Positions 12,816 to 25,100 of a stretch of DNA of 64,000 bases are shown piece after piece. The stretch spans positions 45,322,001-45,386,000 of the forward strand of contig NC_059428.1 in NCBI RefSeq assembly GCF_021028975.2. Direction: 5' to 3'. The position numbers and the translations under genes are program-made. The notes under the pieces are model-generated. The model worked only from the letters and a program-made list of their open reading frames with translations, ran no database searches and had not been told where the DNA came from. Source of the DNA: Sphaerodactylus townsendi (taxonomy: Eukaryota). Every line of letters starts with the position of its first letter. Position 1 is the first letter of the stretch.

Positions 12816-14899
12816 ATTATTAAGTTATTTAATAAACTTTAGTAACATTCTGTGGCACTGAATTTTATTTATGTCATTTGCTAATTGGATCAGTTAGTGG
12901 GGGGCTCCTCAATAAAGTTAGAATTGAAAGTCTGCAACTTCTTTCCTAAATGGCTTGACTAAGGAAAATATATACCTCCTAGTGTTAAATTTATAATTCA
13001 AAGTTCTCTGGTACCTGAAATGGTTGAAATGACTGACCCTTCTACCTTAACTTGCTTCACTAGCCTATGAAAATTTGAATTTAATCATTGGTCTCTGATT
13101 ATTTAGATTATGCACTAAAACAAATTAAAGAAGCATAGGACTCAGTGTTTCTGAAACTTAAGCAGAGTGTGATAAACAAGAAGCTCAATCAAGGAAATAC
13201 TTTAAAATATGGAAACAAACATCCAAAATTATGAACCATGGTTAACTTCTAACTCATTTGCAGAGACCCTAATACTGCATTCATTTTAGATACCTTCCTC
13301 TGAAACTCTCCCCACTAATTTGAGCAAGATAAATCATTATTCAGAATCAATTAACACATGGAAATCTCTTGGAGATTGTAAATGCCTGTTATGATCGCAG
13401 AATCCTTGAATGAAATCTGTCATGTGAGCATGTGAAATACTATGTTCTTGGATAAGATGTATATAGCTTTTACAAATGGTGACAAACTGATGGTAAATCT
13501 ATTCATGTTTAGATAATAGTTATGCCATTTAGATGGCGCTTTAAAAAACATGTTTCATATACATGAGCTCAATAATCTTTATAACTGCCTTAGAATGCTA
13601 GTAGCATTGTTTCAACAGATATATCAGGGGAGAGACAGGCAAGGGAGTAAACAGGGGAGCAGTGTTCCTAAAGGAAGCAAATTCATGACTGAGCTGATTT
13701 TTGAAAAGGGGAGCTTCTAGCTCTCAGAGCAAGCTCTTCACTATTGTGCTACTACACGTTCTATTCAATGCTATAGCAAGTGTATTGTTAATTAATAGAC
13801 TGCCAGCAATCTGTACATTTGTGGTGGCTTTATTTTTTGAAGGAAATATTTTGAATGCCTTTTTAATAGTTTTAGTTGTAAGTGGCCTCAGGCATATCTC
13901 TAGAGATATTCATATCCTAATTTAATAAAGTAGCCACAAACACCTGAAAACTGTATCTGCAAATGTGAGAAGTAAGGTATAGTCCACACACAGAATGTCA
14001 CATTGTTGAATGCTTGGATTCTGTGGCTCTTTTCTGCTAACAATAGACCATGCCTCTGACTCAAATAATTTTTCCTGGATATAAGAGCCTTTTCTGCTGG
14101 AGGAATGTTTCTTGCACCAGGAAAGGCTCCACCATTAGTAGTATGGATCCATGAGATCCAACCTTATTTTGCATGTGTGCTTTATAAATTATTAGTTTTT
14201 AGAGAGCAGACTATCTTGCCATCAACCTAATCTGCCATCAACCTATCACTAGCAACCAGCACTACTAATCAACATACTGGCTTCCAGTATTAGCCTGATC
14301 ATGTCAGGACTTTACTGGCCCATGGAAGTATGTTGAATCTTCTGAAGCAAACCTGTAATCTCTAACGAACATTTAGTTTTTCAGATTACAAACTGCTGGC
14401 CTCTTTCCTCAGGTCAATGTCCTTGAAACAGCATCCCTCTAAGAGCCCTAAGAGACTCACAGGGCTAATGATTACTGATAGTGAAATGGTAAAAAAAGAT
14501 TGCTATGTGTTGAAGTTGATTTTTGAATGTTAATTGATGTATTGATATTGAAACTGTGAAGAATATTGGCATTTTGTGCTAAAGTTGATTCTTGAACGTT
14601 AACTGATACTTTGGGGTGATATTTAATACATACATAAATGGTTTATGAGGATTGTTGGGAAACAATAATAATTCAAATTTATTGAAATATAGCATTTTTG
14701 CTTTGCTAGCCAAAGAATGCAAGGTGGTTTGTTGTGTGTACTCGTGTTGCACCAGCCGCATACAACTGTAAGGATGCCATGATGGGTAAAAAGGGTAAAA
14801 GAAGGAAGCTATTGTTTAAGGGTTCATTATAAAGAGGTAAAAAACTCAAATTGATAATACCTCTTCATCTTCATGGTTTGTCTGTGCACCCATACATTG

Positions 14900-15680
14900 G
14901 GACTGCGCTTGTACAGGGGAAGACTAACAAGTTTGTATTGGAGCTCCTGAAGATCAGGGCGCCCATCCCCCTCCTCCCCAGAGCCAAAGGTGGGAATTTT
15001 CCAACTTCATGGTCATATGAGAGAAGTGAGGGAGGTGCTCATCCCTCAGTTCTTCTTTTGCTGCCGCAATTGAAAGATGTTCTTTCAATTCTGTGACTCT
15101 TGTGCTCTTCCTGAGGTGATTTCTTCTTTGAGGAAATGGATTCATGGAAGAGACCAGCTCTATACAAGAAATGTTTCACTTGTGGAATGAAAATGGCAAA
15201 ATTTGACTGGTATAAATTGCCTTTTGTGCCTTTCTGTAAGCATTGCTCCCAACTTATTCCCAAGGTTAGATAGGTTAGGGCTTCCTGTCTGAAGTCCACT
15301 GTTTATGACCGCTCCCTGGCTCCTGCTACACCAGGGAAAGAAAGTGTGTCAGTGTGAATGCAGAATTTGCCACCAGCAGCCAGTCATCCTAATACAGAAA
15401 GACTGTACAGTCCTTAAGTGTCAAATAAGATGTCAGCGTAGACATACATTTTGTGAAAGTTCTAGGGGCTGTGGCCAAACCAAATGGGAGAGCCATGTAG
15501 TCGTAGCTAATGTCTCCGGAATGAAAGCATAAGTAGTGTCTACACTCCTCCTTTATTGCAATATGAAAGTAGCATCTTTTAAGTCCAGAACCACAAACCA
15601 GTCATCAGGCTGAAGCAAAGGAAGCATGTTTGCCAAAGACAGCATTCAAACCTTCCTCACTCTTAAGTGTTTTTAAGGGT
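14900..15680 (-). mobile_element. Degenerate DIRS-type retrotransposon RT fragment
   Basis: Minus strand gives DDWFVVLDLKDA(Y)FHIAI near 15560-15612 and a decayed Y.DDWLLVA near 15369-15395. Confidence 0.7.
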
Positions 15681-15846
15681 ATGTCGATCCAGGGTCTCCC
15701 TCTTTCTCCCATCTTTCTCATGGATAATACAATACCTTGAATACCAGCCTGTTTAATCTGACAGCAGGGCATGTTGGTAGGAATTGGAAAGGATATTTAC
15801 ATCTGATACTATTAGTTGGTCGCAAAATATATGGGTGGCCATGGGT

Positions 15847-16014
15847 TAGTGGTTCTCAACCTTCCTAATGCTGCGACCCTTTAATACAGTTCCTCATGTT
15901 GTGGTGACCCCCAACCCTAACAATAATATATCTTACAGATGAAGAACACTGATGCAGAGAGTCTTAGGCAACCCCTGTGAAAGGGATATTCGACCCCCAG
16001 GTTGAGAACCACTG
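15847..16014. mobile_element. SPIN-type hAT MITE, second copy with internal deletion
   Basis: Near-identical 5' part to the 29644 copy, with both TIRs present. Confidence 0.85.
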
Positions 16015-16232
16015 GGGTCTAAAAATGCCATCCAGCACACTGCTAGGCTTAGCTAAACGCTGATGTAATTTATAGGATTGCCATAAGATTGGAAGCAACC
16101 TGATGGCACTTAACACACACAGAGCCTGATGATTTCAGTCACACACACACATGCTTAAAAACGCACTAAACTGAAATCTTTGGAATGAAAATGCTAATTC
16201 ATTAAAAATATTCATGAACATTTCTGTTACAG

Positions 16233-16346
16233 ACATGAAATATTCAGAGTGTACCTATGTCTGGGTAGGTTTTGGCTTCATAACGGCAGTTATGGTAATT
16301 TCCTTGATGAAAAATATCTCATACTACATGCAAGAAAAGAAACGAG
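16233..16346 (+). CDS. TRAT1: TRAT1 exon 2: short ectodomain with Cys plus transmembrane helix
   Basis: Acceptor ttacAG and donor GAG|GTAAGA. Translates DMKYSECTYVWVGFGFITAVMVISLMKNISYYMQEKKR, resembling the human TRIM segment C..W....VISLIFNISHY. Confidence 0.9.
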
Positions 16347-17150
16347 GTAAGAGAGACGGCATGTTTGATCTTTGAGTATGATTGTTTAAAAATGACGTAA
16401 AGTAAAATGAGTACTCAAAGCAACTCAAACAGTATAATTTTAAAAACACATCAGTTAAAATGTACATGGTGTACCAATATGTGGCCAATATGTTAATAAT
16501 ATTGGCATGTAGCCAATATGTTAATAATATATGGCAAGGGACATATCACACCTTTTGCATACACAATGCTCAAACTCGGGCAATTACAGGATCTCAGGAT
16601 CAGAGAGACACTATCAATCTCAGTGAACAGTACTGCAGTAGATAAACCAGTGATCTGACTTGGTATACATGGGAAGCAGTGGGCTACATTAGAATTAAGC
16701 TTTGAACGATTTAATTAATAAACGGGAGAAAGTTGTGCAAATCTTTAAGCCTTTCTTTGGTATAGTATAGAGGCCAAAATATTGTGGTACAAGTCAGGAA
16801 GTGCCTGGTTTCTACTATGAATGCACCAGGCAACTTCATGTGAGAGAATTTCACTCCCTGTTTGCAACATGGGAGTAATAGTACACACATGATTGCTCAC
16901 TTAATGATTGCTCAGCAGTAATGGATGCTACTATCTGTTTTACACTAGCACCACAATATTTCAATGTGATGAGGGAGCATCAATTCCCTGTTCCCACTAT
17001 TGACTCCATACCATACCAGAGCGATCATTTTCTTTAGGGGCAATTCAGAATATCTTATAATACTGTAAAAAAAAAGTTAACAATAAAACACATAATACTA
17101 TAAATTACCTTCTCATTTGCAGTGATTCTGAACTGTTCATATTTTTCCAG

Positions 17151-17187
17151 GTAAAACATGCAAAGACATTCCAGAAAATAGTCCAAG
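17151..17187 (+). CDS. TRAT1: TRAT1 exon 3 (GKTCKDIPENSP)
   Basis: Acceptor tttttccAG and donor AAG|GTAGGG. Phases 1 to 2 fit both neighbouring exons. Confidence 0.85.
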
Positions 17188-17254
17188 GTAGGGCAATCAT
17201 TTTATTTCAGGTCAATAGTTTTGAAGGACAATCTTGTTTTACGTTTGGCTATAT

Positions 17255-17402
17255 CAGGGGTAGGGAACCTGCGGCTCTCCAGATGTTCAGGAACTACAAT
17301 TCCCATCAGCCTCTGTCAGCATGGCCAATTGGCCATGCTGGTAGGGGCTGATGGGAATTGTAGTTCCTGAACATCTGGAGAGCCGCAGGTTCCCTACCCC
17401 TG
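17255..17402. mobile_element. Palindromic hAT MITE
   Basis: Near-perfect 148-bp hairpin with exact 8-bp TSD ggctatat. Confidence 0.95.
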
Positions 17403-17726
17403 GGCTATATAAACTGCTACTGGGTGCTATTTACTCTGTTAGATAAATCTTAGTTTTTAAACAAGGTGAAAAAAATAAGTCACCTATTATACAAGAACTA
17501 ATAATGTTCTAAAAATATCGGCAACATTTTCCCGGACAGTATATCAATTAAGGAAATTTTGTTTTTCTTAATGGGCCATGAGTTTCTCTCAATTCTCCTT
17601 CCCACGCCAGACTCCCACTTTGTTACTTGCACTATGCTTTATGGTTAACAGACTGTCAGGAACAAAACTGTGGGCAAAAAAATATATACAGGCTATTGTA
17701 GTTTATTAAATGAGCATAATTTAATG

Positions 17727-17965
17727 TATTGTCAAATGTTCTTACAGCTGGAATCAACTGGTTGTTGTGAGTTTTCTGGGCTGGGTGGCCGTGCTCTGGT
17801 AGATTTTGGTCCTCATGTTTGGCTGCATATATGGCTGGCATCTTCAGAGGTGTGTCATGGAGAGAACACATCTCGTTGTGTCATACCTCTGAAAATGGGG
17901 GTGAAACATTAGGAGCAAAAACAACCAGACCATGCCCACTCAACTCATAAAACCCACAACAGTCA
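17727..17965. mobile_element. Older Penelope inverted-pLTR remnant with two degenerate hammerhead motifs
   Basis: Same family as 12651 and 38493. Decayed motifs at 17811-17850 (-) and 17886-17913 (+). Confidence 0.8.
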
Positions 17966-18366
17966 GCACGGTTTGCTGTGAACAAAACAAATTGTAAAAG
18001 ATGAAGATTTCCCCCTCTTCAGATGATTTCTAGAGGTGGCACAGCAAACACCATCTTTGGAGAAACTACTTTGGTGTGCAATCAGAAACAGAATTACACC
18101 CTCCCGTTGATGTCAATAGTCTTAACATGGTGCAGCTCCACTTAGGATTCTAAGTGGCACACCAATATTTAAGTCATTTGGAATTGCTGCTTCATTCAGT
18201 CAAAAGATTTTTTTACTGATGAATAGACAAACAGTACAATCCTAAACAGAGTTATACTCCTCTAAGTCCATTGAAGTGAACAGGTACAGAAGAGTGTAAC
18301 TTGGTTCAGCATTGCACAGTACACATGATAAGCCTCTATAACAGTTTTTAAAACTTTATGTCACAG

Positions 18367-18437
18367 CCATGGAGAGTTTTATACTGAAGAATGCCCTGTT
18401 TATGACAACCTCCATCACCATCAACAAGATATTCTAA
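18367..18437 (+). CDS. TRAT1: TRAT1 exon 4 (SHGEFYTEECPVYDNLHHHQQDIL)
   Basis: Acceptor cacAG and donor |GTAAGT. EFYTEECPVYDNL parallels human EYYIEDTPIYGNL. Confidence 0.9.
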
Positions 18438-18738
18438 GTAAGTTGTGGTTAAGAATTTGAATTTGGAATGTTGGGTTTCATGTATTTTCTGTACTCTATA
18501 TTCTCTATTTTAATTATATTGTAAGCCACGTTGAGCATGTGTGTGTGTGTATAAATTTTGACTACAACATATGGAGCATTGTCTATCATAATATTTTTGA
18601 AACTCCAGGTCCTTTGCCTATATGTCTATTGTGTTACATATTTTGAACTGCCATGCCAAATAACTTTGAATTAGCTGTTTAGTTCAGGACTTTTAATCAC
18701 ATTCAGCAACACTCACTTTTTAAAACATTTATCTCTAG

Positions 18739-18797
18739 ATGAAAGTTACTATGAACAAATGAATGCTCATTCCCAGATGCCCAACAATGAAGTACAG
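18739..18797 (+). CDS. TRAT1: TRAT1 exon 5 (NESYYEQMNAHSQMPNNEVQ) with YEQM PI3K-p85 motif
   Basis: Acceptor ctctAG and donor CAG|GTATTA. Contains the conserved TRIM YEQM motif. Confidence 0.92.
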
Positions 18798-19932
18798 GTA
18801 TTATTACTGATACTACAGAGCTTTGTTTTTCATACTTGCGTATTTTGAATTAGTTGCTTGTGTATATTTATGTACCAGAAATGTAAAAGCTTTGGATCTA
18901 GATTAGTCAGCTATACAATTAGAGAGAATCTAAAATTGAGTACAAGGGAAACAAGAGAGGGATGGGAAAAAGAAACCCTTGCACAGAGAAGGATACATTA
19001 GACTAAATTTGCCTATGCCTTTATTCTAAACAAGAATTCTATTTTCAAGAGAAAATGTATGCGCAGCCAAAGGATTTCCATTCTTGTCTATGTATCAAGA
19101 GCAGATACTTTTCAGAGTTAGAAATATGGGGCAAAGTGCAGATTTCTATGGAATTGTTTGCCATTATCATGAAAGCAGGCATACATTCCTTGGACACAAA
19201 ATAACCCACATTTACGGTTACAACTTACACAAGCATCTGGAAAATCCATGATCGTATTTCACAGCATTTTAGAAGAGTTAATTCAGTTTGTGACTACATG
19301 GGAAGTGGGTTTAATCTTCACCTGTCAAAACTGATCCCTCCCTATTATGAGACCTGAAAGGGGAAAAATGTGAGCTGTCTTACCTTCTTTTTTTTCCTTC
19401 CAAGGCCAATAGCCAGGTGGGATGTGGATGTTTTGCTTTCCCTAGAATGAAACCATCCAAGGCTCAAAGGATTAAATCACCTCTTGCCTCTCACTCTGAA
19501 TCAGTGTCATGCATAGTCTCAAGAAGGTAGAGCAGCGGCTTTGCATGCAGTTCCCAGGTTCAGACCCCAGCATTTCCAGTTAAAAAGGATCACTTAACAG
19601 GCGATTTACAAAATCCTGGAGAGCTACTGTCATTCAGTTTACAGTACTGATCTTGATAGGCCAGTGGCCTGGCTCATGACTATAATTTGTTTTGTTAACA
19701 GTTCTGGGAAGATCCACATATAGCTCTCCTAGCATTTCATCTTGTTTAATACAAAGCTCTGTAAAACTTAGTGCGTGGGCATAGTGCAGCTAAGTCACAC
19801 GTAAACAGAACAAGTGAGCAGTGACTAAGTATAGTATTTTATCCAACGGCGTGATTTGTACTGCTTCAAGGTTTTTTTCTACCCTTGATGATCAAAAAAG
19901 CTCCAGATTAATACAAATAAATTTCTTTGCAG

Positions 19933-20145
19933 CCAAAAGCTGAGCGTCAGATGTGCTATGCTTCCCTCGACCACAGTGTCAAAAGAAAACCCAAAAACCT
20001 TCAAAAAAAGAAATATCCTCCATTAGAATCAGATGAAGACCAACTTACCAGAAGCTGCTCCATGCCCACAGACACCTGCATTTATCTCAATAGCGAACAG
20101 CTGATCATCGAAAACAAAGTTTCTGAAGATTCTTTTTGCCAGTGA
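19933..20145 (+). CDS. TRAT1: TRAT1 last coding exon (PKAERQMCYASLDHSVK...); stop at 20145 as written, or 20176 if one T in the T5 run is spurious
   Basis: Acceptor tttgcAG. QMCYASLDHSVK is identical to human TRIM as I recall it. The spliced protein is 169 aa, or 179 aa with the frameshift corrected. Confidence 0.92.
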   Translation, partial: PKAERQMCYASLDHSVKRKPKNLQKKKYPPLESDEDQLTRSCSMPTDTCIYLNSEQLIIENKVSEDSFCQ

Positions 20146-20187
20146 TGATCCTTTAAATTTGGTTGGCTCTGTTTAACAGATTCTTTT

Positions 20188-21352
20188 AAACTGCCATTTC
20201 TAGATGTCTTAGTCATCCGCAAACCAAACCAACAATTGGGCCACACAGTATACAGAAAACCGACGCACACAGATAGATATCTACACAAAACTCCAATCAT
20301 CATCCAGGACAAAAAAGGAGCACCATAAAAACTTTGGTTGATCGCACAAACAGAATCTGTGAACCCCACCCCTACATGAAACCACTGGATTCAAGATGAA
20401 TTGAATCACCTAAACTGGGCTCTACAGGCTAATGGCTACTCTACTACAGACATCAGAAGAGCTGCAAGACCAAGAACAAGCCACATGAACAAGGATAAAG
20501 AGCCATCTAGAGGGAAAGTGTTCTTGCCATACATCAAGGGAACCACTGACCGTATAGGAAAACTGATGAAGAAACATAACCTACAAACAATCTACAGACC
20601 CTCTAATAAAATTCAACAAATGCTACGTTCAGCAAAGGATAAGAGGGGTCCTCTAGCTACTGCAGGAGTCTACTGCATACCATGTAGCTATGGACAAGTC
20701 TACATAGGAACCACCAAACGCAGCGCTCAGACATGAATTAAAGAACATGAAAGGCACTGCAGACTATTTCAGCCAGAAAATTCAACAATAGCAGAACACT
20801 TGATAAACCAACCTGGACACAGATTATTATTTGAAAACACAGAAATTCTGGACCACTCTGACAACCACTACGTCAGACTACACAGCCATTGAAATTCACA
20901 AGCAACATGGACAACTTCAACAGGAAGGAAGAAACCATGAAAATGAACAGAATTTGGCTGCCAGTGTTGAAAAACTCTAGAATCAAGACAGTGACTAATC
21001 AGCTCCATACAACACAGGACAACTATAGACAATAGCAATCAAAGGAATCAAAGACCAGGATACTTCTATTCAGATCCATTCACCTATTGACCTTGCTATC
21101 TTCATTGTTACTCCCAGGGTACAGACTTCTTTGTGACTCACATACCAGGCTACTCTATTCAGAGGGCCTCACCTTTTGACCTCACAGTATATATACTCCA
21201 CTTGCTTTCCATTCCTACTATCAGATCCTCAGAAGATGCCAGCCACAGATGCAGGTGAAACGTCAGGAGAGAATGCTGCTAGAACACAGCCATACAGCCC
21301 GGAAACCACACAGCACCCCAGTGATTCCAGCCATGAAAGCCTTCAACAATAC
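20188..21352 (+). mobile_element. 5'-truncated Penelope-like element: RT C-terminus, GIY-YIG endonuclease and pLTR with hammerhead motif
   Basis: Translates [46 protein letters not shown] and GVYCIPCSYGQVYIG, with stops and frameshifts. The terminal pLTR resembles the other copies in this window. Confidence 0.93.
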
Positions 21353-21359
21353 ATTCTAA

Positions 21360-22100
21360 TCTGATTTTCCTGGACTTCTCAGTGGTTTTTTACTCCAGCA
21401 ATCATTTTGGAACACCTATCTGAGCTGGCATGGGGAGGCACTGTTTTGCAGTGGTTCTGGTACTACCTAGAAGGTGGTGTTGGGGGCTGCTCAGCCCCTT
21501 AGATATTGAGGTTCTGCAAGGTTCTATTTTGTCCCCTAAATTATTTAATATCTACATGAAACCACTGGATAAGGTCTTCCAGAGATCTGGGCTGGATTGT
21601 CACTAATATCTCAACAAGATGGAAATGTTACTAGTGGGTGGAAGGCATGAACAAGGATTTAAGGTATTACTTGTTCTATATGGAGTTTCATTCTCCTTGT
21701 AGGAAGGAAGAGGTCCATAATTTGGGGACCCTTGGACCCAGACATACTGCTAGATAAGTGGGTAGCAGCTGTGGCCAGGTATTTCACTGGATAGCCAGAT
21801 ATGACCTTTCCTGGACAGAAAACATCTGGCCATGGTGGTACATATCCTGGTAACATCAAGATTACATTGCTGCAATGTGTTGTGTATGGGGACGCCCTCC
21901 CTTACACTTTTATTTGTACTGAATACTGCAGCCAGGATGTTGACTGGAGTGGGTTGAAGAGACCATATAACCCCTGTCTTGGCCCATCTACATTGGCTCC
22001 CAATTTGTTCCAGGGTGCAAGTCAAGGTGCTAGTGCTGACCTTCAAAGCCCTATATGGTTTGGGATCAACATAGCTGAAGGACTGCTGCAACTTATACAG
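21360..22100 (+). mobile_element. Old L2 RT fragment
   Basis: LFNIYMKPL, DYC...Y.G.P and HWLP...RVQVKVLVLTFKALYGLG motifs. Confidence 0.75.
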
Positions 22101-25100
22101 GCACTTAGGATTATACCGTAAATGGAATGTTCAGAGTCCAAAGGGTTTAGAACTCCACAGGACTGGCTGTGAGAGTTGCATAGTATTATTAAGCCTGAGG
22201 ACAGGGAGCTCTGAAAAGAGAAAGTTTTCTGTCGGGAACAAGAGTGAATGGTAACTCTGAGGTAGTGCTGTTCTGTGGAAGTGGAGGGCCAGTTTAGATG
22301 GGGGTTGTGCTTCTCTGAATTAAGTGCCAGGAAAGGCATAGTTCAGTAAAGAAATCTGTACCAGAGTTCCTGAAGCTAAGCATATTTAATCACACTGTGG
22401 CTTGGTTACTTTTTTCTCTGAGGAGAATCCCACTCAGTTATGAAGCTTATGAGAAAAGGAGAGTTAGGGAGGACTGGAGCTTCCTCAGGGAGAGTGGCCA
22501 TTCTTCAATGACCAGCACCATGTGAGACAGACAGTCTAAAGGAGAGTTTGGCTTAGTGTTAATGTCCAAAGAATTGTGTGTGTGTACTACTTACCTGAGG
22601 TAAACAACACGATTTTTAGAAAAAGGGCTAGTCAAACAGAACCCCAAACAACTATATTGAAATAATAGATTTATTTTGTCTAATGTCAAAGTGACAGTAT
22701 CATCAGGAAGTCACAAAGAGAGTGTCCTGTCTGTAATTTGTATCAACTGAAAAAGTCTCTAAACAAAATCGTGTACATAGTAGCCTCTCCAAAATCAGCT
22801 TCCTTTATATCTATATATATTTTCCTCCTTAATCCTTTGCTAGATTAGCTTTTTAAATATGTTCCTGAAAATAAAATCTTTCAATCTCTGGTCACTTTAT
22901 AAGCCTCTGATGCCATTACTTTATTTAGATCATAACAGAAAGACAACAGGTTATGTTAGTTTTCTTTCAGAGATACTGCCCTGCCTAACAGACGCCTTGG
23001 AAGAGCAGCTAAAAACTATTTAGACAACTTCTTTGAAAAAAAAAATGTGGCAAAGCTGAAGGTGAAATGTGAACTCTTGAACAACTGCTCCATGTTACCA
23101 ACATTTATCAGTCAGAACTGTTCTGTCGGTGATTTTGGAGGAAAATTTTCCATCAGGGCACAGGCAGTTGGTAGACACTTGTGTGTGAGAGTCACACCCT
23201 CTCTCTGACTGATTTGTTGCGGTTTCTCCTTCCGCATGGTTCCCAGGTGCTTCCAAGGAGTCGAGGCAGGTCCAGTAAGTAATGCCCCAGCTGGTTCTGC
23301 ACTAGCCCACATCTTTTTCCATTTGCATCGTGATCTCTTCTGTGCATGCGCGGACAACCTCCGTTTACCGCGTTCTGATTGACTGATTCCCCTCCATTCC
23401 CCCACTCACTTTAACTACTATAGTTTGAAAACGACTTTGAGCCAAAAACTCATTTTGCTTTGATAAGAGACATGGCTTTGATTGCAATGGGGAAAAAAAC
23501 ACAGTGGGAAAAACCGTGGATTAAGACAGGAAAAAAAGGGGGTCGGAGAGGAGAGCAACGATCCTCTCAAGCAGCCATGGATTTAAACACAGATTGGGTG
23601 GGGCAAACAAGAGAGGAAGGCAACAATCCTCTCAAGCAGCCACTGATTTAAACACAAAAGGGGGGGGGGAATTAAAATTAAGCACTTCCTAAACCAACAC
23701 AAACATTTGTTGCTCCCACGCCTGTTGATTGGTGGGGCGGGCCAGAGCAGTGAGGTGAGAAAAATAGACTAGTTTTGTCCCGGTTCTGCTCCCATGGTAT
23801 TTGCACAGCAGTGGCATCACACGGGCATTTTTAAAAGTACCTCCTCTTCGGCAGTTTTTGAAAGTTGCGGGGCAAAGGAAAAATAGCGGTGCAGACCCCG
23901 GGGCTGACCCTGTGCAGCTTCAGGAACCATGCAGAATTCCCGACTGTACAGGGATATTTTCCGGGCTCACCCTGGGATATTTTGACCGTGCAAAAACACC
24001 CTCTCTCTTGCTGAAGAAAACAGGAGGTGCCATGTTACAAATGCTTATGAACTTTCTTGACAGCTAGTCATCTTCTGCAGGTTGGTTTTGGGTGCCCCTG
24101 CCTTCTGAGATTAAATGTGTGAGAACCTGGGAGAGGGCCTTCTCAGTCATGGGACTAAAGCTCTGGAACTTTCTCCCCAGGAAGATTATTCTGTTCCCTT
24201 CTGCTACCATCTTCTGCCAGCTGTTTTGTTTCATTTGGCATGTCCTCATTGGTTGTTCCTTCGTAACCAGTGTTTTAATTGCTGTTTTTGTTTGGTATGT
24301 ATTTTGACTCTGTAATGGTTTCAATATGCTTTTGGGGGGTGGATGTAAATAGTTTTAAATTTTGGTTTTATTATATGTATGTTTTATTATATAAAGGCAG
24401 GAAAGCCAGCATACAATTCAAGGCTTTGCTCTGTTACAAACTAATACATTGTAAGTTTAACACTACAGCAATAGTTAAATTATGTAAATATTTAAATTAT
24501 GACTTAATTTGCATATCTCCAGAAAAGGCTCAGAATGGGTCACACCATTAAAGAGAAATAACTCTTAATGGTACCAGAATCTAATATAAAAACCAAAACA
24601 GCAGTCAACCCAGGATCACATAAAGTCTGTCAGAATAATTCAGTACTGCTGAGAATAACCCAGTACTACTTTAGCAACGCTGCTCGAACACACAGGATCT
24701 ACTGCCAAAAAAGCTTTGGAACAGCAGAAGTTATTCTAACATGTCTGCAAGATAAAACCTGTAGCAAACGCTGACCTGCAGAGATGACTGCCAAAACAGA
24801 AGTTACCAGCAGAATCAGTTCTGTAGCTGTTGGCTTCCGGACCACAAAGAGCTTCGTCAGTAGCAATCAGTCCTGTGAACTGAACTTGGATACAAACTGG
24901 CAGCCAATAAAACATAAACCAAAACAATGAGTACATTGCACTTTACTCTAGTATGGGTAGTAGTAGCAGCTGCATTTTGTACCAGGTGAAATTTTCAACT
25001 TGTTCCAAGCAAATACTGTGCAGAACATAAGCAAATAGGCTGACCTCAGGGGTTATTCTGGTATGGACTAGCATGGCTAAATTCGGTGTCAATGGAGAGG

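Noticed and set aside
15305-15532. Cys-rich 75-aa ORF as a small secreted peptide
   Set aside because: It is the antisense frame of the decayed DIRS RT fragment.
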